IMG/VR virus record: IMGVR_UViG_3300042860_000924
Span: 1 to 55,595 of that record
Direction: 5' to 3' (one strand)
Length of the DNA: 55,595 nucleotides
Source: a virus
Lineage: Duplodnaviria; Caudoviricetes
The translations under genes were made by a program, and so were the position numbers. The notes below the pieces were generated by a model that saw nothing but the letters and a program-made list of their open reading frames with translations, did not search any database and was not told where the DNA came from. Positions 1 to 12,000 of the stretch are shown one piece after another; positions within the stretch are counted from its first letter, which is position 1; every line of letters begins with the position of its first letter.

Positions 1-1
1 T

Positions 2-3000
2 ATCAACTTCACTACCCTTAGCTTTCATATATTGTTTCCACCAAGCAGGCGCTATAACTTCAGCTATACGACCATCCATAGTAGAGTTATCTGATACCAT
101 ATTTAATCTAGTAGGAATTAACATCCTATCTGTATTAAGAGTATCAATAAGTTCTTTCTCACTATCAGATAATGCGGTATACTCCATAGTCATATCTTTA
201 TGACTTTCCCAGTGAGTATATGAGTTATTATTTAAGTAATAAGAATTTACTTTTAACTTTAAAACTTCCTTAACATGATAGGGTAATAATTTAAAAGCAT
301 CAAAAGATTTCTTCTCACTTTCTGTTAAATCATTAAATAACTTAACCTGACCACCAATTCTAAATACTGAAACTCCACGATCAGCTTGTAATACTAATTT
401 ATTACCACTACCTACAATAGACTTTACAGAGTTATTAGCAGCACCACTCATTAAGCTTATCTCAACCCTATTACGTAATGCTGGGAAGTTTAAGCTAATC
501 AAGTAATTACCTCTGCCATCTTTAGCACGAATAAACTCCTCAAACCTTTCATAACCAGCCATACCTGATACAGCTTCAGCTAATACATTTCTAACTTTAT
601 CTTCGTTAATCTCAAACTTATTACCTACATACTTACCTAACTTTCTTAAGTAAGCATTAAAGTTAGTACGCATTATCAAGGCATCAATATCATATACCAT
701 CTTAGTAGCTTCAGTATTTAACTTATTAACGTTTAAGAAATAAGTTAACTGACTAAAGTTAGTTACATCACCCTCAGAACTTGCTGGGTTAGATTGTATA
801 CTATAATATTTAGAAGGTACATTTATAATACCATTACCATTTTGTCTAGTAGTTGTAGCTATGTGATCTGATATAGACTCGCCATTCTTTAATAAACGAG
901 CAGGAGCTCCTACTTTGAATGCTGAACTATGATGAAACTCCATAATGTTATTGTCTTCCATATCTTTACGGAGATCAGCTAACTCAGGAAACCTAGCACA
1001 TAAACTATCTGATAACTCAATACCAGAGTTTTTACTAAATCTAGTAACACCATACTTATCAATAAAGTACAGTACAGGTTTTAAAACTCCCTTAATACCA
1101 TACTCATATCCATATCCTTTCTCAAGCTCCTCTTTCCACTTAGGTAAGTAGTACATCTGAGCATCAGTCTTATCTATCTGTAAGCCATATAAACCATTAT
1201 AAGCTTTAGCTACATCTGTATAAATATTAAATACAGCATGCTGATCTGATGCTACAATGATATTAAAGTTATCAACCATACCATTACCAGATTTAGAAGT
1301 ATCTACCTTTGGTGAATCACCAGGAGATATTCCTCCACTAGCTCTCTTAACTTGTGTAGTAGGATTAGCATACAAAGATCTATCAGACATTTGAAACTGA
1401 TTCAAGAAGTGACCATTAACATAGTTCTGTTTAAATGCCTCAGCTATAATGATATATAAATTCAAATTATATTCTCTATCAATTTCAGGAGAGTATTTAG
1501 AACTAGCATTATACTTATAGTTCTTATTGAATATCTTAGTTAGACTATCAATCTTAGCATCATCTAATAAACCTACTCTTTCTAAGTAACTTATAAAGCT
1601 CTTAGCCTCGTAAGGTTCAATATAATTCTTATCACCAAGACCACGCTTTAACTTAGCTACTAAAGCATTATTGTTTACAATACGCTCATAAAATTTATAA
1701 GCTCTAGTATCAAGATCATCAATTACTTTATCAACTACTCTTTCTAAAGACTCCTGATCTAGTACTTTATTATCAGCTAAGTAAGTAAATCCACCCTTTA
1801 ACTTACCAGTCCACACATACTTATATGTACCATTTTCAAGTACTTGTACTTTCAAAGGTATACCTTTTATAAATATGTTATGATCTTTAGCTAAGGTTTC
1901 ATACCATCTATATCTTTCAACCTGTTGTAATATGGCACTCTTTATATCTTCCCTCATAGTTTTAATATTACTAGCAGGAATTCTAAATGACATATTCTGA
2001 GGTTTGTTAGATGGTGTATATGGTGATTGTATATATGTTGGGTTCTTATCAGACTTTAACATAGTACTGTAGAAACCAAACACTAATGTTCTAACTACCC
2101 AACCACTAATACCCTCATTCTTGTAAGGTGTAGCAGTATCAGCATCTTCAAACATAACGTTATTCTTATAACGTTGTTTTAAAGCTTCTTGTGTAATCAG
2201 TTCTCTAATGACTCTACCTTTAGATCTAAGGAAAGGATTGTATTTATAATACAACTTATATCCAATAGATTCAGGATCAATATGATCTGGTCTTTTAAAT
2301 CCAGTCTCACCAGTCTCATCAAGATTCCTTCTGAACTTCTCAAACATTCTAGTTAAGAAACTACCCTTAACAAATTTATAACTACTTCTGTTCTTAGAAT
2401 CTAAATATCTACTGTTCTCACCAAAGCCTTGAGAGATAGCTAAAGTATCCATAATCTCTTTAATACGATTATTGTTATCGTTAGCTAATGCATCCTCAAT
2501 AGCTTCTAAAGATTCTTTCTTATCTACAAAGCCTATTATATTATTTAATATACCATTTAAAGCATTAATAATTATCTCATTCTGTATAGGAGTTAAGTTA
2601 AAGATTTTAAACTTACCTAATCCTAACATATTAAATACTTTAGAAACAGTTTCTCTATTAGTACTAATCTTATTAGCCTTTACATCAGTAGACTTGTTTA
2701 CAAGTTCTAATAAGCTTTGGGCTTGTCTAATTATAGCTCCTTGGGGATCATCTCTCAATACAGATAGAATACCATCCTCAATAGATAATTTAACAGCTTG
2801 TTCACCACCTAATACAGAATTAGGAATATATCTAGTCTTTAATGTAACTATAGGCTTTTCTCTAGAGTTAGGATCTTCTGCTTCTTCTAATATAACATCT
2901 GTCAATCCCATGTATGGGTGACGTTCTACTAACGAGGATATCCCAGCTTGTATACCAGCACTTAAGTTTCTAGCTTCTTCTCTAGCTAATAATGTAGCAT

Positions 3001-6000
3001 ACATATTAGCCAACTGTTGTTCAGTAAATTTATTAGAAGGAACTAACTGTCCTTGTATATCAAATAACAATGGCTCATCTAAAGCTAATGTCATAGCTAC
3101 TAATCTCTTAATATAATTATTAGCATTAGCATCCTTAACACCATTAGCATCCCTACGAGTAAACTTATAGTCTACACCTTTGATAGTACCAACAACTAAG
3201 TTATTGTTATAATATAAACCACCATCTTTAAAACCACGTTGAGTTATTTTAAGGTTACTTGGTAAGAAGGCTTTTTTGTATCTTAATCTTGATACACCAT
3301 TCTTTACCTCAGTAGTAACCTCACTAGTATATTTATCATTCTCAGCTCTTCTAATTATATCAACTAAGAAGTCATACACTCTACCTACTTTAGGATCTCC
3401 AGAGTCATCTTTCCAACCAAGCTTAGTAGCATTCAAAGACATAGCTTGAATAGCATTCATATCAAAGTTTTCAATACCTTTAAGGAGTTTTAAACTTATA
3501 TAGAATACTGTTCTTCTAGGAATATATTCTTTTAAAAGTACATTACCTTCAGCATCATATTGTTTAATAAACAATGCCGACATTAAGTTTTTAACAGAAG
3601 CAAGTAACTGTGACTCGTAATTTATACGCCAAGACTCTTCGATCTCATCCTTTAAAGAAGGATCATCACCAAATGTCTCGTCAGAATTATCTAAGTTAAT
3701 ACTATCAGTACTTTGTACTAAGTAATCATATACATTATTGTATATCATATTAGCACGTTTAACTTCCTTCTCAGTTATACCGCCAACCAATATCTTTAAC
3801 CATATTGGAGCTTTATCTTTTAAGTTATTAAACTGATCTTTCAAATCCGCATATACAGCAAACTTAGCATCCTCTGGAGTCATAGTAGCTCCATTGTAAT
3901 ATACCTTACCATTAGCCCCAGTTCTAATAGACATTGCTATACCATTAGACTGATCGTTCCTAGGAGAGTCTGGGGATATTTTACTAGCTAATGATTTTAA
4001 TATAGCTACTTGAGCTAAGTTATAATTATCAGCTGAATCCTTGTACTGTCTTTCTGGAGTACCAAACCAAGCATGTATAAGTAATTTATTTAAACCAGTA
4101 CCTTCAACAGCTTCATTAGCAGTCTCATAAGTAAAGTTACCTTTCTGTATACGATCAAAGAAACTTTCAATCTTATCTTGAGCAGATAATTGAATATTAA
4201 ATATACTCTTTATCTTCCTGAAGAAACTATGTAATAGCCTACTAACAAAGTTTGGCTGTCTTAGGTAAGACATAAAGGAGTCTGCTAACCACTCTTCAAT
4301 ATCACGGTTAGTCTTATCCTTTAATAATGGGTTAGCTTGTATAGCTAACTTATATATCTCTTTACGTTGCTCAGCATTAAAGTAAGCATGTGTTACTCTA
4401 TGGAAAGCCTCGTGTCTCAATACATCTATTGAAGCTTCACCTTGAGCATTAGTCATTAAGTAAATAACTCCCTTCTCATATCTACCCCACACATCCTTAC
4501 CAAAGCGTCTAATCATTTCAGCTTTAGATAAGAATAATAATTTATCAGGATCTGAAGCAAAGTCCTTACCAAATATTTCTGATGCTGCTTGTCTAACTAA
4601 ACTAGGTGTAACCCAATTAGTAGGAGTTGTAGTATCACGTACTGTCCAATCAAAACTATCAGTATCATCATCCCAGCTTAAATCAATATCATTACCATCA
4701 GCAGCGAAATCATTAGCAGGTCTAGGATCTTGTGGTACATGAGCTACATCATTAGGGATAGATTGTTCTAAAGCAGCTAGTTCTGCATCATAGTTAACAA
4801 GAATATTTCCTTTAGAGTCCGTAGTAACAGTATAATCTTTACTTAAAGTTTTATATATATTAGGTACCATTACACCTTTTCTCATTTCTGAAAAAGAGTA
4901 TAAACCTTTTACGCCAGAAGGTAAATTTTCTAATATATACTTATATGAATTAGTAGCTATTTTTTTATTTTGATATTCCTTTTTAGTACTTACTTCATAA
5001 ACGTTAATATATTTTTTACCATCTATGTCTATTATATTTCCTTGAAACTTGAATATCGGAACATTTGAGAAAGTACTTTTTTTATCATATACTTTTAATG
5101 TATACTCATCATTTTCAAGAGTAACTTCTGTTGTATAATCATTTTTATTAAAAAATGAAGATATTTCTTGTCTTCTTTTTTCTATATCAGCTTTAGCATC
5201 TGTAGAAACACCACCTTCTAAAGCAGCTAATTCTGCATCATATTTAGCATTAATTTCTAAATATTTTCTTTTTGCTTCAATATTTTCTTCTCTACTATCT
5301 ACATAACCTTTATTAGCTTCTGGATTTGAATACAAACCTTTTTTTCTCCCTTCAATAGTTATATCAGCAATATCAATCCAGTTTTGTAAAGCTTTATCAT
5401 ATCTTGCTGCTACATCAGGTCTATACTTTATTTCATAATCATATCCCCTCACTTCTTTAATTAACTCCTCTTGTCTTCTTCTTTCTATATCAGCTTTTTT
5501 AGATTCTATAGGTTGAGTTTCTTTAATTGGTGGCTTAACATTGTTAATAGTAATACTAGTAGGTTCAATACCCATTAATGAAGTTTCAAAATCATCTATC
5601 AGATCATCTTGAATTCTTTGTTTATATCCTTGTTCAGTTTCAGTAGGAAACCTATTTACAGTTTTAGTATGCATTGGTAATCTTAAACCAAAGCCACTAT
5701 TAACCATACTATCACCATTATTATCAAAAGCATTATCTCCCACTAAAGCATCTAATACTTCTTCAGTGATAGGATCTAATTCCTCAACTACAGTTACTGC
5801 AGATGGTTCGCCTTTAGTAGGTCTATGGCTGTGTATGTAATGAGCCTTAGTGCCATTACCAGGGTTATATAATAAGTTTAATCCTGAGAAATACTTATGA
5901 CCAGTAGCTACACCATCTTTATATTCTTGTTTAGTCTGTCTTAAGTATATTCTTTTATCACCAATGAACACAGATGAGTTAGCCCTAGCTATAGAATCAA

Positions 6001-9000
6001 ATGCTTTAGCTGCAGGACCATGATTACCACGCTCATTAATTAAACCATCAATAACTAACTCTTCAACATATTGTGAAGGATCAATATCCATATTATGGAT
6101 AATACCAGATTCAACTTTAGTACCACCATCTAGTATACGTTTGTAATTACGTTTACCACCATTCTGATCTATAAACTCTTGTGAGTGTATTTCATATACA
6201 GGCATACGCTCTTTACCAGTAGCAAGATCTTTATCTACAGGTATATCAATCTTAATATGTAAGCCTTTAAAGTTATAAACTTTACGCCAAACCTTTAATC
6301 CTTTATTACCCTTCTCTATTAAATAGAATCCTTTTAATGTAGGGTGTGCTGTATAACTATTCTCACCAAGTTTTACTGGACCTTCAACTGCTCTTCTAGA
6401 ACCTTTGTCTCCAGTAATAAAATACTTAGACATGAAATCCTCATCAGTACCCTCATCATTTATAACAGCATTGTTAGGATCATAACCATACTCGTGTAAA
6501 GCTAATGGGTTAAATAATCCAGTACGAATACTCTTAATAAGATTATTATAGGTAGCTATATCAACACCTTTACGTGTAAGCTCTTCTATTACCTTCTTAG
6601 AAATCTCAGACTTAGGATTAAGTAACTTAGAGAATATCTCTGCTTGAGTTCTACCAATAGTCTTACCAGTTGACTTATTAACATAGTCATAACCAGGTAC
6701 AACCTTTAGTCCACCCCAACGTATCTTAGTATCACCATCTAATACAGATAGTATCTTATGAATATCTTTTATGTTATTTAAGAAGCCACGTAACTCATTA
6801 ACAGAAGAATCTAAATTTAAGTTTAATCTTCTAGTAGTTAATGGTACATACAATACTTCTTCTTTACCACTCTTATGAGTAATTTTAATTACTTGGTAAG
6901 GTACACCAGGTCTAACTACACGAGGATTTAATCCTTGTTTAATTATCTCAGCATTATTATATATCTTTAATTCCCAATTGTATTTATCGTCAATAGGATT
7001 AAATGATTCTAAGTTACCACTATCACTATAGTATGTACTCATAATCTTTACATACATAGTATCTAAGAACTCTCTAAAGTCTTTTAAAGGACCCCACTTA
7101 AAGAACTTAGGTGTAGCATTACCAATTTGTCCTACAAGCAATGGAGGATTCTTATCACCCAGATCTGTAGTTAATTTTCCTTCCTTACCCTTGAATTCAG
7201 ACCACTCAATATCATCAGCATCCCTAGTTTGAAACTCAGGGCTAGTAATAGCATCTACAACTTCCTTAGGTAATTTATACTTACCTATTTCATTTATATC
7301 ATCCTTACCTATTACACCAATCAGATACCATGAACCATCAGCTCCCTGAGCAATGATAGCTAGACCAGCTCTGTTGTTAGCCTTATCCCAGTACTTTACA
7401 TATTGTACTTGAGAGCCTGTTGTAATCTTTTTATCCTTATCTTTAATAGAGAAGTATTGTGGATACTTCAAGTTATGAGTATTAATTATAACTTGTGGTT
7501 CCTGCGTATTTTCTATAGGAAAATCTTCAGGCTTATTTAATTCTTCCCTAGCTAAATCAACAGTATCATTATCCTGATCCATATCATCATCAGCTACAAT
7601 ACCCTCATTATCAGGATCTGCAGGCTTAGGATTAGTTGGATTAGCAGAATTAGTTTGTGCTGGATCATTAGCAGCTGGTTTAACTACAGCAGCTTTTAAA
7701 TTAGCATTTAGATTACTGTTAGATATATTATCATATTGTTTTTGTAGCTCACCAACAAAGTTACTAATCTCATCCTTAGTAGGTGCCTTACGTTGTTCAG
7801 CAGCTATTAAAGTTTTATTATCATTAGTAAACTTAGTTGTAGGTGAATGTATAACTACTAAGTTCTTAGCTCTAGATGTAGCTACATACATAGCTTTGTT
7901 AAACATAGCTACGGTACCATCATGTCTAGGAGCTAACTTACCAGTAGGTGTTAGCATAACATATACTTCATCTACAGTATGGCTTTGAGCTTCATGTATC
8001 TCAAGCACATCAACATTAGTTACACCCAAGTCAGCTAACTCTTTAGTTACTTCTTGTACTTCTTTAGCTGAGTTAACAATAACTAATTGATGTCTACCTT
8101 TACCACGATTAGCGATAAGCATATTGTATAAGTCAACTTTACTATTAACTCCAAAGCTACCATTAGCTTTATCTGAAGTTAATGCAGTAGTTACCTTATC
8201 AACAACACTTACCTTATTACGGTATTCTTTCTGTGTTCTAATTATATCAATATCATCAGTACGATATGTAATCGTTAATGGTGACATAAACTCTTTAGAA
8301 GGATATTCACCAATAGGTTGTGCGATAAATGGTGGTATAGTTAAAGTAGATAACTGTGTTGGATCGCCCATCATTACAACCTTTACTGCTGGGTTTATTG
8401 CTTGAGCTTCAAGTATCTTTCTATTAATCTTGTCTAATTGTTCATCAGATAACAACCCAGCCTCATCAATTATAATGATAGGTGAGTCAGCTAGTACTTG
8501 TGAATCCGTATTTAAGAATGTCTCAAGCGGATTAGCATCATTAGGGTCTGATTTACCTAAAGCTATTGCTAAGTTCTTATTAGAAGATTTAGTTGGAGCT
8601 AATGATACTATCTTAGTACTATCAATATTTAATAGCTTAAGTAATAACTTAGTAACAACTTGTGTCTTACCACTACCAGCATAACCAAGTACAACAGCTA
8701 CAGGACCAGTTAATGGATTACCTTTATACCAATTAACTAACTCTCGTAATGTTACAAGTTGTTGTTTGGTTGGTATATATTCTGTGATAGTAGAGAATAA
8801 GTTTACCTCACTCAATAACATATCCTTAGTATTAACTGCAGGATTATTATAATTACCAGGTATGTTCTTAACTACATTTAACATGTAGAAAAGATTACGT
8901 AAGTCAGCTATCTGTTGTGTACTCTCAGTACCATCTTCAGGATTGATTAAAGAATCATCAGAAGCTTTATTTATAATAGTTATATCCTTAGTGTTTATAT

Positions 9001-12000
9001 ACTGACTAATTGGATGTGATATATCCAAGAAGGTACTTCTATAAACAGAAAGTAAATATTGAGTTAAGAATGTTTCAGGATCTTTAGCTAGTAATGCTTT
9101 ATCTAAATGAAAAGGAGTACCATATAAATTTAAATCCTCAAACTTAGTTTTACAATATAAATACAGATCATCAATCTTAGCATTTCTAAAATCAATTAGC
9201 TGATTCCAATATTTAACTGGGTCATTAGGATCTGTCATTGAGCTATAAACAAACTCATTCATAGCTATAGCATAGCTGTGATGTAAGTAATATTTACCAG
9301 TAGCATCTTGTACTAATACACTATCAATGAATATTTTTAAAGCGTCTTTAATAGCATCAGTTAAAGGTAAATTGAATTTTACAACCGCATCTTTATCAGT
9401 ACTAGGTGTATACGTAATACCCATAGGTATTAATGTATTCGTAGTAGCTATGGTATAAGATTCTTCTTGAGCTAATTCCTTATCAGCAAGTCTAGCTCTA
9501 ATAGCTTTTCTAGCGTTAGCTAAGTCTTGTTCAAGTTGCTCAATAGCATTCTTTAACTCCACTGATATCTTTTTATCAGGATTAGTATATAATTGTTTCT
9601 CTTCTATTAATACTTCCTTAAGCCATTTAAGTTTCTTTTCTAAAGCAGCTATTACAGAATCATCTAAGTAATCACTATCAGTATTAGCTTTATCAACTTC
9701 ACCAACCATTTCTTTTAAGAAACGATCCCATACGAATGTGATTTCTTTATCTACCTTTGAAGTGGATATACCTTTAGGTTCTCTAATTAAATTAGCTTCT
9801 TGTAACCTATCTTGTAGCTTTAACGCATCAGTATACTCTTCACGTAAAGCTTTAAGCTTCTGATAGTAATCAGGATCTTCAATATAAGCACTATCCATTA
9901 AATCGTTTAACTCATCAATGGTAGTTATCTTATTCTTATCCCCAAGAGAATCTTCAACCTCTGAAGCTTTATTAAATACTTCTGAAGCTTTTAATCCTAT
10001 ACGTTTTACTATCTCATCATTCTGCTCTTTAGTTATAGGAGCTTTAACTTGTTCAGCATATGCTAATATCTCCTGAGGTAGTACCTCAAGATCTAACATA
10101 CGTTGTACGTTACTTCTTTTATCAGTGTCTCTAAGCAATGAGGTTTCTTCGAGATCTTCTAAGAACTCGATATATTCCTTCTCACCTTTAACACTATTAT
10201 CCATACCAACCATGTTAGAATTCTTAACATATTGGTCTCCATACTTATAAGACAAACCAGACTTCTGAGCTTCAGTACCTAATCTAGCTAGCTTATTATT
10301 CTCTCTAGTTTCTTTACTGAATTCTCCTGAAGCTATACGCTCATTCTCTTTTAAGAGTCTAGCTATAGCTCTCTCTTTAAGTATAATTGGAATATCAAGA
10401 TCATCATAGATCTCATTAAGATTTAAATTCTTAGCCTTTTCAGGATCTAATAATGAATCAAATAACTTTTTTCTTTTACTTAGTAATTTAGTTCTAGCCT
10501 CATTATCAGTAGGCTCATCTATGATAGCTCTGTAAGGATTAATCTCATCATTCTTAAGTGAGAATAAATCAGCTATCTGCTCAGTATACTCACCAATCAT
10601 TAAGCTATTCTTAATAGCTCTCTTACGATCATCTTTACTAATACCTCTAAAGTCATACTTCTCAATAAGATTGAAAATATATTGTGTATCATCTATCTTA
10701 TTAAACTCTGCCTTAGCTTTCTTAAATCTTAATACTTCTTTCTCAGCATCTGCTGGGGTAATATTACTACCTTCGATTTTAGATAATGATCTAATAGAAT
10801 CTATGAAGTAATCCTCTTTATCATTATCAATATACTTAGCATAAGTGTCATACTTAAATCTTAAGTACTCACCATTAGCTTGCTCTTTAGCAGCTCTACC
10901 TAAATACGATTTAGCTTTAGCATATCCATAGTGATCGCTAATAATACTAGCAGCTTGTGGTAAAGTCATCATAGGACCAGCAGCAAGAGCACCAGCATTT
11001 ACAGCTGATATAAACTCGCTGTTAGTATACAATGAAGAGTTACCATTACCAAAGATAGCCTTCTCTACTTCAAATCTATCACTTGCTAACTGGGAAGCTT
11101 GACTAAGTAAACCTAAGAAGCTATCATCTTTATAGTTAGTAGTATCCTTTAATCCTGTTGTGTCCTTACCTAATACCTTATCTAAATATTGTCTAGTGAA
11201 TAACCATTGACTACCCTCCTCGTTCATTTCCATATTGGTATTCAAGGTCAAGGCACCAATCTTTAATCCAGTACGCATCCAACGATTAGTACCCAAAGCT
11301 ATGTTACCTACCTTAGTAAAAGGTGTAACAGCAAGTATAGATTGTAATACATCACCAAACATTAATCCCATGTTCTTAGTTCGCAAACCTTCTAATTCTT
11401 CATGGGCTTTCATTGAAAGTTTATTTAACTCTCTTTGGTGTTTAGGATCTTCAAGCTCAGCCATATCCTGGATATTATTCTTGAGCATGTAATCTTGGGT
11501 AAGTAAAGAAACAGCTTCCTCGTATGCATCATTCTCTTCAGCCTCAGTCTCTTGTACACGAGCTTTCCATTGTACAGCCAGATCACCAGCTAACACAGCT
11601 AACGTAGCACCAGCAGCTACAGCATTACCTATACCAGGAGCCATAGAACCAGCAGCTTCAGCTGTAACTAATCTAGCTATAGCAGCCTTAATAAGTTTAG
11701 GAGTAAATGCAGCAGCAACTGTAGCACCTAAAGTACCAAAGGAGCTACCAAAGTCTTTACCAAACTCATACTTAAAAGCATTGAATGCTGAAGTGTTAGC
11801 ATCACGCTGGAACATATCAGAGAGTAATTTAAACTCTAAATCTATATCCTTATTTCTACGAGCTATATCTTCTTCACCCCCAGCAATTAAACCAGTTAAA
11901 CCAGAACCGTATTTAATATCCTCTTCTAGCTCCATAGTTTTCGTAGCAGTTTCCTGGTCAAACTCTTGAGCTTTTTGTTTAGCTCTACTTAACTCATCTT

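Noticed and set aside
4766-5497. 27-29-nt direct repeats as a CRISPR array, or as attachment sites or target duplications of a mobile element
   Set aside because: There are two alternating repeat types with 226- and 373-nt in-frame coding inserts, and no cas, integrase or transposase gene in the window.
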